A DNA stretch of 64,000 nt, taken from contig OZ244905.1 of assembly GCA_965221695.1 (NCBI GenBank), positions 1,792,001 to 1,856,000 on the forward strand, given 5' to 3'. Shown in pieces: positions 29,311-41,548 of the stretch. Source of the DNA: Gammaproteobacteria bacterium (GTDB taxonomy: Bacteria > Pseudomonadota > Gammaproteobacteria > Eutrophobiales > Eutrophobiaceae). The translations under genes were made by a program, and so were the position numbers. Below the pieces are notes generated by a model. That model made no database searches. It was not told where the DNA came from and saw nothing but the letters and a program-made list of their open reading frames with translations. How positions within the stretch are numbered: position 1 is the first letter of the stretch; each line of letters begins with the position of its first letter.

Positions 29311-31316
29311 GTGAACAAGCGATATGTACAGGTTGCGCTGCCGGTACCGTTGCGCAGACAGTATGACTATATCGTCGGCGACCCGTTCAAGCACATCAAG
29401 TTGTTACCGGGGATGCGGGTCAGCGCACCCTTCGGACGCCGCAAGGAGCAGGTCGGCATCGTGCTGTCGGTCTCTGACCACACGTCTGTCCGGCCTGATC
29501 GGTTAAAGTCCCTCAGTAATATCATTGACGATGAACCGCTTTTTTCACTCCGCCACTTCGAGCTACTGTGCTGGGCGCCGACTATTACCACCATCCAGTC
29601 GGTGAAGCGTTATTCAGCGCTTTGCCTGTGCGGCTACGGCAGGGAAAAGGACTGCCCGATAAGGACAGCGATATACCAGCATCTTCCTCGAAGAGCGTGA
29701 TTGAAGACAGGGGTTTTGACCTGAACCCGCAACAAATCCTGGCGATTGACGCAATCTCGGCAAATCCGGATAAGTATCGCGCTCACTTGTTGCAGGGGGT
29801 AACGGGCAGCGGCAAGACGGAAGTCTATATTGAAGCGGTAAAACGCGTGCTGGCACAGAACAGGCAGGCGCTGATCCTGGTGCCTGAAATCGGCTTGACG
29901 ACACAATTCATCGACCGGCTCAGGCAGCGTCTCGCGGTCGACATCCGCGTCCAGCATTCCGCGCTGAACGAGACAGAACGGCTGCGCAACTGGGTCGCGG
30001 CGAGGAATGGCATTGCGCCGGTGATCATCGGAACCCGTTCCGCAGTCTGGACGCCACTGAAATCCCCCGGGATATACATTGTAGACGAAGAACACGATCC
30101 ATCTTACAAACAGGACAGTGGGTTCCGTTATTCTGCCAGGGACATTGCATTGCTTCGCGGCAAGTTTGACGCGGCGCCGGTTGTGCTGGGTTCCGCCACG
30201 CCTTCGCTCGAGACAATAAAAAATGTCAGCAACGGCAAATTCGCGCAACAGGATCTGCCGGCCCGGGTATCCGGAGCAAAGCCGCCGGAAATCCGCTTCA
30301 TCGACCTTCGAAATGAACCGGTCTCCGGCGCCGTATCGAAAATCCTGTTGGATGAGATTGCAGCCACGCTGGACCATGGCAACCAGGCATTGCTGTTCCT
30401 CAACAGGAGAGGCTATGTGCCCGTCATTCTCTGCCACAGTTGCGGCTGGTATGCAGAATGCAGCCGCTGCAGCGCAAAGTTGACCTACCATAAAGATAAA
30501 CACTGCCTGGTCTGTCACCATTGCGACGCCCGCAGGAGTCTGCCGGCAACCTGTCCGGACTGTGGCGAGGCCGAACTGGTCGAAGTCGGTCATGGCACCC
30601 AACACCTGGACCAGACCCTTGCCGAACATTTCCCGAAGGCGAGGATCTTGCGCATAGACCGCGACAGCACCCGCCGTAAGGGATCCATGGAGAAGATGAT
30701 CAGGGAGATCACGACGGGCGATGCCGATATACTGATTGGCACGCAGATGCTCGCCAAGGGGCACCATTTTCCGCGCCTGACCCTGGTAGGCATCGTCGAC
30801 GCGGATGCAGGACTGCTCAGCACCGATTTTCGTGCCAGTGAACGTATGGCCCAGCTCATAGTCCAGGTGAGCGGCAGGGCCGGACGAGAGAACAGGCCCG
30901 GTACCGTTTACATCCAGACCCACTTCCCCGGACATCCGCTGTTGCAAAGCCTGGTCTCACGGGGTTATGCCGATTTTGCCCGTTTGCTGTTGGGTGAAAG
31001 ACAGGACGCGCAGTTGCCCCCTTATGCCAGTCTCGCGTTACTTGGGGCTGAAGCTACCGGACGCGAAGCCGCTGAAACTTTCCTGAGTGAGGCGCGCGAT
31101 CAACTGGGTGATGACCGCGACTTGCATATCTTCGGGCCGGTGGCCGCGCCGATTGAAAAGAGAAGGGGGCGTTATCGCAGCCAATTGCTGATCCTGTCCG
31201 GTAACAGGAACACGCTCAGAAAAATGTTAGCGCCCTGGTGCCGCGCACTGGAAGCGATGCCCGCGGCTAAGCGCACCCGGTGGTTTCTGGATATCGACCC
31301 CCAGGATATGTTGTGA
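29311..31316 (+). pseudogene. priA: Primosomal helicase PriA with a 1-nt frameshift near 29575-29577 (pseudogene or sequence error)
   Basis: N-terminal VALPVPL..YDY..GMRVSAPFG..ELLCW in one frame; ADYYHHPVGE, GVTGSGKTEVY, DEEHD and Cys-rich region in another. Confidence 0.85.
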
Positions 31317-31317
31317 G

Positions 31318-31965
31318 TCAGCGCAACTCAATCAACATGAATTCTATATTATTGTCCGTCAATCTGCGGCGCACGTCTTGCATTTCGCCAACGCTGGTAT
31401 AAGGTCCCAGGCGCACCCGGTGCCTGACATCCTGGGCATTGAGCAGGACCCGCTGGATGTCGGCAAAGATACCCAGTAATGCCAGTCGCGCCTTGACCTG
31501 ATCTGCTGAATCAAAATCCTTGAACGAGCCAACCTGGAGGACATAACCGGTTACGCCATCGTCTGCGCCACGCTCCAATGCTGCGTACTGTTCCTGTTCA
31601 GCAACTGTTTCGTCACTCTGACCCGGGGCGAGACGCTCTTCGGCCGCCGCCGCAGGCGCTTCTTCCCGAGGGCCATCTTCACCGGCCATCCATTCGGAGA
31701 TATTGACTTTCTTGTTGCGCAACGTGTCGTAGAACGTGAATTTGACATCGGGTTTATCCATTTCAGTTGGCGCCTGGGTTACTTCTGCCGGGCTGAAAGG
31801 ATCGGCTTCTGAACTCGGCGCGGCAACCTGGTAGCGCAAAAAAACGATGAATGCAACTAACAACCCAATGGACAGCCCGGACAGGAATGAGAGTATGTTG
31901 CCGCCGATGAAGGCGCGCTCGCGCTTGGTTTTGGAACCGGTTTTTTTCTGGTATTTCGCCCGCAT
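31318..31965 (-). CDS. SPOR-domain cell division protein (FtsN-like)
   Basis: Single TM, FTFYDTL, YVLQVGSF..AD..KARLALLG..HRVRLGPY. Confidence 0.88.
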   Translation of the reverse strand: MRAKYQKKTGSKTKRERAFIGGNILSFLSGLSIGLLVAFIVFLRYQVAAPSSEADPFSPAEVTQAPTEMDKPDVKFTFYDTLRNKKVNISEWMAGEDGPREEAPAAAAEERLAPGQSDETVAEQEQYAALERGADDGVTGYVLQVGSFKDFDSADQVKARLALLGIFADIQRVLLNAQDVRHRVRLGPYTSVGEMQDVRRRLTDNNIEFMLIELR

Positions 31966-32225
31966 TTGTCATTCGGAGTTTATCACAGATGTACTCCTGC
32001 GAGTACGTTTTCTACAATGCTGCGAGCAGGAATGCGATGGCAGCGACCACAGCCGCCAGCGTAATTTAATGGGGTCGGGTCTATCTGCACAATCTCACGT
32101 CCCAAGTGCGCGTAGCAATCGTCAAGGTGATGGACGATCTGAAAAACGTAGCAATCAAACTCTCATGATCAGGTCTCTGCACACGTATGTAACTGTTGGC
32201 ACAAGACCAAGGTCAGTCCCACGTA

Positions 32226-32444
32226 CCACTCCCACAACAGCAGGAGTCCAATCGAAAACTGTGCCACCCGAAGGGCGACCCATTGTTCACCTGGATTCCT
32301 GCTTACGCAGGAATGGGTTCGGGGGGACGCTCACATGAACATCGCCACCATAACCACTCCCGCGAAAGCGGGAGTCCAGTCGAATACTGCGTCGCCCGCA
32401 GGGCGACCCCTTGTCTCACTGGATTCCCGCTTCCGCGGGAATGG
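32226..32444. repeat. Two tandem REP-doublet (REPIN/dRS3-like) units, 128-bp period
   Basis: Unit 2 (32354-32444): CCACTCCCGCGAAAGCGGGAGTCCAG...GTCGCCCGCAGGGCGAC...CTGGATTCCCGCTTCCGCGGGAATGG; unit 1 (32226-32316) is a diverged copy. Confidence 0.8.
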
Positions 32445-32533
32445 GGCGGGGCGCAGGTCAGCTAGCAAAATTTACGTAGAAATATAACGTAAACTCGGAT
32501 TAACGCGGCGCCGGCCTGAAACGGGCTGTTCAA

Positions 32534-33265
32534 TTATGGCCTGCCCGCCTCGATCAATGCCTGGGCCAGTAGTTTGGGGTTGGTATAACAGACTTCATGG
32601 CTACCCGGCTTCTGCACGACCCTGCACAGGCCCAGGCGGTCCGCCATCCTGGGATACCAGGCATACTCTCCATGGGGCAGGACAAGATCATCCGTGAAGT
32701 TGATATAGCTCCTGGGGACGTTCAGCCGTTGAAAGCCCCGCATGCTGATCTTTTCGTTTTGTGAATAGACACAGACCGGCTTCAGGCCCGCATAAACCCG
32801 CTCGGCCGTTTCCAGGTCGGCATCGTTGATGAAGCGTTCGCGAAAAACGTCGAAAGGCAACATCCAGTTGGTTCTCTCGCCTTCTTTTTTGATGATCGCG
32901 TCAAACATCTGGCGGTGCCCGGGTGTTACCACATCATAGATGCATTCCCCGTCTTCCAGCACCAGGGCGTTCTGAAATACCAGACGCTTGACGCGGTCGG
33001 CCACCTGTTCTGCCACGTTCGGAATCACGATCCCGGCAAAGCTGTGGCCCGCCAGGATGAAGTCGCGGATGTCTTTCTCCAGGATGTAGTCAACCACGGA
33101 CCTCACACAATCCGCCTGGGTGAAAAAATTGCCGGCTTCCTCACCGTGGCCGGCCATCGTTGGCGCATAGGCGATGTGGCCGTGCCTGTTGAGTTCCTCG
33201 ATCACCTGACTCCAGCAGGATTCATCGTGCATGGAACCATGCACCAGCACAAATGTCAGTTTCAT
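32534..33265 (-). CDS. Alpha/beta hydrolase (methylesterase-like)
   Basis: FVLVHG, LAGHSFAG nucleophile elbow, PGSHE. Confidence 0.9.
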   Translation of the reverse strand: MKLTFVLVHGSMHDESCWSQVIEELNRHGHIAYAPTMAGHGEEAGNFFTQADCVRSVVDYILEKDIRDFILAGHSFAGIVIPNVAEQVADRVKRLVFQNALVLEDGECIYDVVTPGHRQMFDAIIKKEGERTNWMLPFDVFRERFINDADLETAERVYAGLKPVCVYSQNEKISMRGFQRLNVPRSYINFTDDLVLPHGEYAWYPRMADRLGLCRVVQKPGSHEVCYTNPKLLAQALIEAGRP

Positions 33266-33320
33266 GTCTGTATATGTCTCACTATAATCATCACCGAGCG
33301 GGTTGATATCATTAAGCAAC

Positions 33321-34202
33321 CTACTCGCCGCCCCCGGCTTCTGTCAAGGCCGACTCCCAGGCAATCAGCGCTTTTTTGTTCTCGATTCCCCAGCGATAAC
33401 CTCCCAGCAAGCCGGATGTGCGTAAAATACGATGGCAGGGTATCAGGTAAGAGACCGGATTGGCGCCCACTGCAGAAGCTGTGGCTCTAACGGCTGAAGG
33501 GTTGCCGGTAAGTTGCGCCAACTGCTTGTAGGAGATCAGACTCCCTTCCGGTATTCTGAGCAGGGCGCGCCAGACATTGACCTGGAAATTTGTGCCTCTG
33601 ACGAAAAGACGAAACTGTTTCTGATGCCCGTCACGTTCTTGATTTCCGGCGTTGAACAGGCTGTTCGCCAATGGGCCGGTACGTAGCGGATCGCAGTAAA
33701 TCTGCGCCGCGGGCCAACGCTTGTCCATCTCGTTTGCCTCCTGCTCAAGCAGTTCCATTGAACCGAACGCCAATTCGCAGATGCCTTTATCGGTCAGCGC
33801 CAGCAACATCATCCCGATCGGACAAGGATGGATGCCATAATATATCTTCAGGCCGTAACCGAGTCGCTTGTATTGACCCGGGGTAACTGCCTCGATGGAA
33901 ACAAACTGATCATGCAGCCGGCCTGGCCCCGACAAACCCAGGTCAAGCGCCGTGTCAAGTATACTGGCCGATTTATCCAACAATTTCCTCGCGTGCTGTA
34001 CCGTCAGGAACTCCAGGAAGCGCTTGGGACTCACCCCCACCCAGGACGTGAATTTCTTCTGGAAGTGCCAGGGGCTCAAGCCGAAGTGGGTCGCTACCTG
34101 CTCAAGAGAAGGTTGCAGGCCGGCGTTATCGCGAATATAGGCAATCGCTTGCGCAATCTGTTCATAATCTCCCGCCTGGGTTAAGCGATTAGCGACATTC
34201 AT
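33321..34202 (-). CDS. Ada-like bifunctional AraC-HTH / O6-methylguanine-DNA methyltransferase
   Basis: QPSLEQVA..GLSPWHFQKKF, GTNFQVNVW, IPCHR active site. Confidence 0.92.
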   Translation of the reverse strand: MNVANRLTQAGDYEQIAQAIAYIRDNAGLQPSLEQVATHFGLSPWHFQKKFTSWVGVSPKRFLEFLTVQHARKLLDKSASILDTALDLGLSGPGRLHDQFVSIEAVTPGQYKRLGYGLKIYYGIHPCPIGMMLLALTDKGICELAFGSMELLEQEANEMDKRWPAAQIYCDPLRTGPLANSLFNAGNQERDGHQKQFRLFVRGTNFQVNVWRALLRIPEGSLISYKQLAQLTGNPSAVRATASAVGANPVSYLIPCHRILRTSGLLGGYRWGIENKKALIAWESALTEAGGGE

Positions 34203-34269
34203 CGGAAAAGTATAGGTTATTCAGACATCCCATCCACCCGAATCTTGCTATCCGGCACAGAAGAACCAG

Positions 34270-34629
34270 TCAAGCGAAAGGAACAAGTCGTGATCTTCGA
34301 ATACGTTTGTCACGTGTAAGCAATGGCACACGATGGACAATGCTCGTCGCCGCTATCAATTCATCAGCCGGGTCACTCCGGAAATCCAGTTGAGTTGAAA
34401 CGCGAGCTATGTCCAAATCAATAGGCCAGACGTGAATACTCGACAAAACGGTCTCAATCTCCGGTTCATCGAGGTCAATCAGGATTCTGCCAAGTTGAAC
34501 AAGCTTTGCTAATTCCCATAGGACAATGGCAGAAATGCCCCAGGGATTATCTCTGAGCAGAGACCGCTCGCTGGGACGAATCTCATCGCACAACGCGTGG
34601 ATCAGAACATGGGTATCAAGATTGATCAT
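34270..34629 (-). CDS. PIN-domain (VapC) toxin
   Basis: INLDTHVL, ISAIVLWE, DPADELIAAT, LLTRD. Confidence 0.9.
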   Translation of the reverse strand: MINLDTHVLIHALCDEIRPSERSLLRDNPWGISAIVLWELAKLVQLGRILIDLDEPEIETVLSSIHVWPIDLDIARVSTQLDFRSDPADELIAATSIVHRVPLLTRDKRIRRSRLVPFA

Positions 34630-34849
34630 CGGCATCCCATGCCAGCCCGGTCGAAAAAATGTCCCCATGCACAGAGAGTTTGTTACGCAGACATCCAATC
34701 AATGATCCGGGCTGTTTCGGGTAAGGAATGACCCGGGCGACAGGCCGGCCGTGCTTGGTAATCACAATACCCTGAGCATCAAGATTGTCAAGCAACGCCA
34801 GGCAATGTTCCTTGAATTTTGCGGCGCCGATGGTGGGTAGAGATTTCAT
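34616..34849 (-). CDS. Phd/YefM-family antitoxin
   Basis: AKFKEHCLALLD...IVITKHGRPVARV. Confidence 0.9.
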   Translation of the reverse strand: MKSLPTIGAAKFKEHCLALLDNLDAQGIVITKHGRPVARVIPYPKQPGSLIGCLRNKLSVHGDIFSTGLAWDADDQS

Positions 34850-34926
34850 TGAAAATAAAGTGTCTATATTTTATGACCAGTCACATATTATGGACATATT
34901 TTCGATATTGTCAATTATCATGTTAA

Positions 34927-35005
34927 GGAACATCTGATTAAGTCAGATGTTACTACGATACAAGGATGCATCGACAAGTCCAGGATGGACTTGTTCAGAG
35001 TTTCC
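34927..35005. mobile_element. Family-A element, 79-bp internally shortened form, TTAA on both sides
   Basis: TTAA|GGAACATCTGATTAAGTCAGATGTTAC TACGATACAAGGATGCATCG ACAAGTCCAGGATGGACTTGT TCAGAGTTTCC|TTAA. Confidence 0.82.
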
Positions 35006-35480
35006 TTAAATTCATCGGGCTGAGCACGATGCCGTCCTCATCGGCATAGAGCCAGTCTCCAGGTTTGAAGGTGGCGTCGGCGAAGTTCAGGGTGATGTCG
35101 CGTTCGCCCTTGCCTTGCTTGACGCTGCGCCTGGGGTTCGTGCCTAGGGATTTGATGCCGATCTCCAGTGTAGAGATGACTGCGGAATCCCTGATGCATC
35201 CATGGACGATCAATCCCTCCCAGCCATTCTTTATACCCAGTTCCGCCAGCTTATCGCCGACCAGGGCGCAACGGATTGACCCGCCGCCATCCACCACCAG
35301 CACGCGGCCATCGCCAGGTTCTTCCAGGGCAGCACGGACGAGGGAATTGTCCTCGAAACACTTTACCGTGGAGATGGGGCCGGCGAATGCTGTTTTGCGA
35401 CCGAATGACTGCATCAGAATGTTGGCCACCTGGACTTTGCCTTCATGCTCATCGTAAAGATCTGCTGTTGAAAATGTCAT
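34995..35480 (-). CDS. rraA: RraA/MenG-family protein
   Basis: TADLYD, TVKCFEDNS, VLVVDGGGS, GCIRD, YADEDGI. Confidence 0.92.
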   Translation of the reverse strand: MTFSTADLYDEHEGKVQVANILMQSFGRKTAFAGPISTVKCFEDNSLVRAALEEPGDGRVLVVDGGGSIRCALVGDKLAELGIKNGWEGLIVHGCIRDSAVISTLEIGIKSLGTNPRRSVKQGKGERDITLNFADATFKPGDWLYADEDGIVLSPMNLRKL

Positions 35481-36838
35481 TTCTTTTGCCTGTTCCGCTT
35501 CCAGTCTTTGACGACTTTCGCTTGCCGTTTGTTCATTGCCAGGGCATCGGCCTGCACGTCTTTGGAAATCGTGGCGCCGGCAGCTATCGTGGCGCCGTCG
35601 CTGATTCTCAGCGGGGCGATGAGTTCGGTATTGGAACCGATAAACACGTCATCGCCGATGATTGTCCTGTGTTTCTCAACCCCATCGTAGTTGCAGGTAA
35701 TTGTTCCGGCGCCAATGTTAACCCGTTCACCCACCTTGCTGTCGCCGATGTAGCTCAGATGGTTCGCTTTTGACCCCTGACCTATTTCCGATTGTTTTAT
35801 CTCGACGAAATTGCCGATATGTATGTCTTCACCGAGGCTGGAACCGGGTCGAATCCTGGCGAACGGCCCGATCCTGTTGCTTGCGCCGATATCGGCATTA
35901 TCCACAATGCAGTTGGCAAAGATATTTGCCCCGTCCCCAATGCGGGTATCCCGGATCACGCAGTTGGGGCCGATCGAAACCCGGCTGCCGATATTCACAT
36001 CCCCTTCTATGACGACGTTGATGTCGATAAAAACATCCTCGCCGGTTCTCAGACTCCCGCGCAAATCGAAGCGCGCCGGGTCGGCCAGGGTGACTCCCCG
36101 CCGCATCAATTCCTCAGCCTGCAGAAGCTGGTAGTGACGTTCCAGCTCTGCCAGTTGGACACGGTCATTCACGCCTTTTATCTCCATGACCGATGCGCTG
36201 GAAAGCGTCCGCACCGCTACACCTTCGGCAACAGCCAGACCGACAATATCCGTCAGCAGGTATTCCTGTTGGGCATTATCGTCGGTGAGCTGACCCAGCC
36301 ATTTTTTCATTCGCGCCGAACGCACTACCATGATCCCGGTATTGATCTCGCACAAGGATTTCTCCGCTTCGCTGGCATCTTTCTGTTCGACGATTTTCAG
36401 GATCTTGCCCTCATGATCGCGCACTATACGGCCATAACCCGTGGGGTCTTCAACGCGGGCGGTAAGCAGGCTGAACCCGGTATCTGCCGCCGCTTCCGCA
36501 AGCGCGGCCAGGGTTTCCCGGGTAATCAAAGGCACGTCACCATAGAGAACGATGACATGATGGGATCGGGGAATGGAATCGATAACCTGCATCAAGGCAT
36601 GGCCAGTGCCCAGTTGCCGCTCCTGTCTGACCCAATGAGCGCGCAAGGTCTGATGCGCTGCGCGTACCTGCTCGCCCCCGTGCCCGTCAATAATATAGAC
36701 CTGATCACAGGCGCGGATGGCGCTATCGTAAACATGCGCCAGCAGTGTTCTGCCCGCCAAGGTATGCATGACCTTGGGCAGTGAGGAGCGCATACGCTTG
36801 CCTTGTCCGGCGGCAAGGATAACAGCGCTCAGAGGCAT
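35477..36838 (-). CDS. glmU: Bifunctional UDP-GlcNAc pyrophosphorylase/acetyltransferase
   Basis: LAAGQGKRM, hexapeptide repeats, NHLSYIGD, GAGTITCNYDG. Confidence 0.97.
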   Translation of the reverse strand: MPLSAVILAAGQGKRMRSSLPKVMHTLAGRTLLAHVYDSAIRACDQVYIIDGHGGEQVRAAHQTLRAHWVRQERQLGTGHALMQVIDSIPRSHHVIVLYGDVPLITRETLAALAEAAADTGFSLLTARVEDPTGYGRIVRDHEGKILKIVEQKDASEAEKSLCEINTGIMVVRSARMKKWLGQLTDDNAQQEYLLTDIVGLAVAEGVAVRTLSSASVMEIKGVNDRVQLAELERHYQLLQAEELMRRGVTLADPARFDLRGSLRTGEDVFIDINVVIEGDVNIGSRVSIGPNCVIRDTRIGDGANIFANCIVDNADIGASNRIGPFARIRPGSSLGEDIHIGNFVEIKQSEIGQGSKANHLSYIGDSKVGERVNIGAGTITCNYDGVEKHRTIIGDDVFIGSNTELIAPLRISDGATIAAGATISKDVQADALAMNKRQAKVVKDWKRNRQKK

Positions 36839-36953
36839 GATATCGAGTTACGGTTCATCTACCACGGGCGACTGAATGCAAGAGACATACAGGGTTGTAT
36901 GGTAGCAGATTTTTTGTTTGTGTCCTTATCCGTTTATTGCGTGAGACATAGCG

Positions 36954-37376
36954 CTAACGCCCGCTGCGCTGGCGTAACCGGCGGATAGCTTGCAGTTGGG
37001 CAACTGCTTCTGCGTTTCTTGCCAGAGCAGTGGCGTATTCCATTTCCGCTTCGCGATCGTGTAACTGGCGTTCGGCTTCCTCCTTGGCCTTGAGTACCGC
37101 CGCTTCATCTAGGTCTTCGGCGCGCATGGCCGTATCTGACAGTACCGTGACCACATTCGGTTGCACTTCCAGCATCCCGCCGGATACATAAAATCCCTCC
37201 TCGTTGCCACCGGCATGCCTGACACGGACTTCACCGGGCGCCAGTTGTGTCACCAACGGTGTGTGTCCCGGCGCAATACCCACTTCTCCCAGGATAGCCG
37301 GCGCAAAAACCATTTCCGCATCACCGGAAAAGATTTCCTTTTCGGCGCTGACGATGTCAACCTGTATCGTACTCAT
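36954..37376 (-). CDS. atpC: ATP synthase epsilon
   Basis: DIVSAE, GEVGIAPGHTPL, VSGGMLEVQP. Confidence 0.96.
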   Translation of the reverse strand: MSTIQVDIVSAEKEIFSGDAEMVFAPAILGEVGIAPGHTPLVTQLAPGEVRVRHAGGNEEGFYVSGGMLEVQPNVVTVLSDTAMRAEDLDEAAVLKAKEEAERQLHDREAEMEYATALARNAEAVAQLQAIRRLRQRSGR

Positions 37377-37453
37377 AATCTACTCCACCTCTCTCGCCAA
37401 TCCAGTTGCCGCTGCGGCAAGCCTGTTTTCGCTGGCATGCAGTTCCGACCGCA

Positions 37454-38863
<1,410 letters not shown>

Positions 38864-38883
38864 TTATCCTCGATAAATTTAAC

Positions 38884-38912
38884 AGAAGCTCTGACTTAAT
38901 CTCAGAGTTTCC
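38884..38912. repeat. Family-A short element between atpG and atpD
   Basis: AGAAGCTCTGA cttaatc TCAGAGTTTCC; near reverse complement of the copy at 5125. Confidence 0.85.
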
Positions 38913-38926
38913 TTGGATTGATATAA

Positions 38927-39790
38927 TCAGACTGCCGCTGCGCCGCCGACAATCTCTGAAATTTCCTGTGTGATCGCAGCCTGGCGCGCCTTGTTGTAAA
39001 TCAATTGCAATTCTTCGATCAGCGTTCCGGCATTATCGGATGCGCTTTTCATCGCTACCATGCGCGCCGCCTGTTCACAGGCGATATTCTCCACCACCGC
39101 CTGGTAAATCAACGATTCGATATAGCGTTGCAACAACTGCTCAAGCACCTCTTTGGCATCGGGCTCATAAATGTAATCCCAGTAATGTGTTAATTCCTCG
39201 TCCTGAATGGAGCGAATCGGCAAAAGCTGCTCAACCGTTGGTTTTTGTGTCATTGAATTGACAAAATGGTTGGAGACGATGTACAACTCGTCGATCTTCT
39301 CCTGCAGGTAAGCATCCAATATTGCCTTGATAGCGCCGATCAGTATATCGAGACCGGGAGCATCCCCGATATGAGTAGTCTGGGCGAGGACGTTTGTGCC
39401 GAAGCGTCGGAAATAGCCTGCCGCCTTGTTGCCGATGATACTCAGATCAATGCCAATCCCGGAGTCATCCCATTCTTTCATCTTCGCAAGAACATCGCGA
39501 AACAGGTTTGAGTTAAGTCCGCCACAAAGACCGCGATCGGTAGATATCACGATCAACCCGACACGCTTTATCTCCGTCCTGGGAACAAGATAAGGATGCT
39601 TGTATTCAGGATTGGCCGCGCCCAGGTGGGCAATCACATTGCGTATCTTATCGGCGTACGGGCGCGCGGCGCGCATCCGTTCCTGTGCCTTGCGCATCTT
39701 GCTCGCGGCAACCATTTCCATGGCCTTGGTGATCTTCTGCGTGTTTTTCACGCTTGCGATCTTGGTACGAATTTCTTTGCCTACTGCCAT
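38927..39790 (-). CDS. atpG: ATP synthase gamma
   Basis: [36 protein letters not shown]. Confidence 0.98.
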   Translation of the reverse strand: MAVGKEIRTKIASVKNTQKITKAMEMVAASKMRKAQERMRAARPYADKIRNVIAHLGAANPEYKHPYLVPRTEIKRVGLIVISTDRGLCGGLNSNLFRDVLAKMKEWDDSGIGIDLSIIGNKAAGYFRRFGTNVLAQTTHIGDAPGLDILIGAIKAILDAYLQEKIDELYIVSNHFVNSMTQKPTVEQLLPIRSIQDEELTHYWDYIYEPDAKEVLEQLLQRYIESLIYQAVVENIACEQAARMVAMKSASDNAGTLIEELQLIYNKARQAAITQEISEIVGGAAAV

Positions 39791-39872
39791 TTGCTCTTGT
39801 TGTTCCTGATGTTTACGCTGACACTGCCCGGATAAGGACTATTATCCCGTTGGTTGAAAAGTCCGGGAGACC

Positions 39873-41414
39873 TTACCATGTATGATTCTGTTTGAAATCC
39901 TCCAGGCTCTTTGTTAAAGCAGCCTCAACGGCTTCGGTATACGCTGCTTTTTCCTGGATTTCCGCCATCAGTTCTTTCTGCTCGCTATGCATGTAGTCAT
40001 GCAATGCCGCCTCGAAATCACTCACCTTTTCCAACTCCACGTCATCGAGGAAACCGTTTTCTACCGCAAAAAGACTCACCGCTATCGCAGCTACGCTTAA
40101 CGGGGAGTATTGTTTCTGTTTCATCAATTCCATCACGCGCTGACCGCGTTCCAACTGTTTGCGGGTTGCTTCATCCAGGTCGGAGGCAAATTGCGCAAAT
40201 GCAGCCAGCTCACGGTATTGGGCCAACGCCAGGCGGATACCACCGCCCAGCTTCTTGATGATCTTTGTCTGCGCCGCGCCGCCCACGCGGGAAACCGATA
40301 AACCGGCGTTAATAGCCGGTCGGAAACCGGAATTGAACAGGTCTGTTTCCAGGTAAATCTGGCCGTCGGTGATTGAAATCACGTTGGTGGGGACAAACGC
40401 GGACACATCGCCTGCCTGGGTCTCGATAATGGGCAATGCAGTGAGCGAACCGGTCTTGCCCTTAACCTTACCGCCGGTCATTTTCTCGACTGCGTCTGCA
40501 TTGATACGAGACGCCCGTTCCAGCAATCTTGAATGCAGGTAGAAGACGTCGCCCGGGTAGGCTTCACGCCCCGGCGGTCGCCGCAACAACAATGAGACCT
40601 GGCGATAAGCCCAGGCTTGCTTGGTCAAGTCATCATAAATTATCAGCGCGTCTTCACCGCGGTCACGAAAATATTCACCCATCGCGCAACCGGAGTAAGG
40701 CGCAATATACTGCATTGCCGCGGAATCCGATGCGGTGGCCGCAACAATGATGGTGTGTTCCAGCGCCCCGTGTTCTTCCAGTTTGCGAATAACAACATTG
40801 ATTGACGAGGCCTTTTGTCCAATGGCCACGTAGATACATTTCACCCCGGTGCCTTTCTGGTTGATGATGGTATCCACTGCTACTGCGGTTTTCCCGGTTT
40901 GCCGGTCGCCGATGATCAACTCGCGTTGCCCGCGCCCGATCGGTACCATCGAGTCGATAGATTTCAAACCGGTTTGTACCGGCTGTGAAACGGACTGTCT
41001 CTGAATCACGCCGGGCGCGATCTTTTCGATGGGTGAGGATTCATCGGTATCGATTTCGCCTTTCCCGTCAATGGGAGTCCCCAGCGAGTCGACGACGCGT
41101 CCCAATAATGCCTCTCCCACGGGTACTTCCAGGATGCGCTTGGTGCATTTGACGGTATCGCCTTCGGAAATGTGTTCGTAACTTCCCAGTATCACGGCGC
41201 CGACTGAATCCCGTTCCAGGTTAAGAGCCAGGCCGTAGGTATTACCGGGAAATTCGAGCATCTCCCCCTGCATCGCATCACTCAGACCATGGATCCTGGC
41301 AATCCCGTCCGACAGGTTGACCACTGTGCCTTCCGTGCGCGCTTCGGTATCCAGGTCAAAATCCTGTATCTTCTTTTTTATCAGTTCACTGATTTCTGTA
41401 GCGCTGATTGACAT
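39873..41414 (-). CDS. atpA: ATP synthase alpha
   Basis: [20 protein letters not shown]. Confidence 0.99.
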   Translation of the reverse strand: MSISATEISELIKKKIQDFDLDTEARTEGTVVNLSDGIARIHGLSDAMQGEMLEFPGNTYGLALNLERDSVGAVILGSYEHISEGDTVKCTKRILEVPVGEALLGRVVDSLGTPIDGKGEIDTDESSPIEKIAPGVIQRQSVSQPVQTGLKSIDSMVPIGRGQRELIIGDRQTGKTAVAVDTIINQKGTGVKCIYVAIGQKASSINVVIRKLEEHGALEHTIIVAATASDSAAMQYIAPYSGCAMGEYFRDRGEDALIIYDDLTKQAWAYRQVSLLLRRPPGREAYPGDVFYLHSRLLERASRINADAVEKMTGGKVKGKTGSLTALPIIETQAGDVSAFVPTNVISITDGQIYLETDLFNSGFRPAINAGLSVSRVGGAAQTKIIKKLGGGIRLALAQYRELAAFAQFASDLDEATRKQLERGQRVMELMKQKQYSPLSVAAIAVSLFAVENGFLDDVELEKVSDFEAALHDYMHSEQKELMAEIQEKAAYTEAVEAALTKSLEDFKQNHTW

Positions 41415-41548
41415 CGCTGTTCCTCATTTTTTCTTTCAATAGCCGCAGATGAGACAGGCAGACACAAACCAGATGGTGTTGAAGCGGTCGGCCCTTCAGT
41501 CTGATACTGTTTTTCATCTACAGTCGGGTATGATTTGTGGGTTTCACG

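Noticed and set aside
29634-30947. 437-aa antisense ORF, and similar long shadows at 10907-11890, 15544-16362, 35792-36784 and 62107-62772
   Set aside because: They lie opposite well-supported genes in GC-rich DNA and show no recognisable motifs.
31847-32465. ORFs of 163 and 89 aa over the REP region
   Set aside because: They are translations of repeat DNA and of the antisense strand of the SPOR gene, with no protein-like features.
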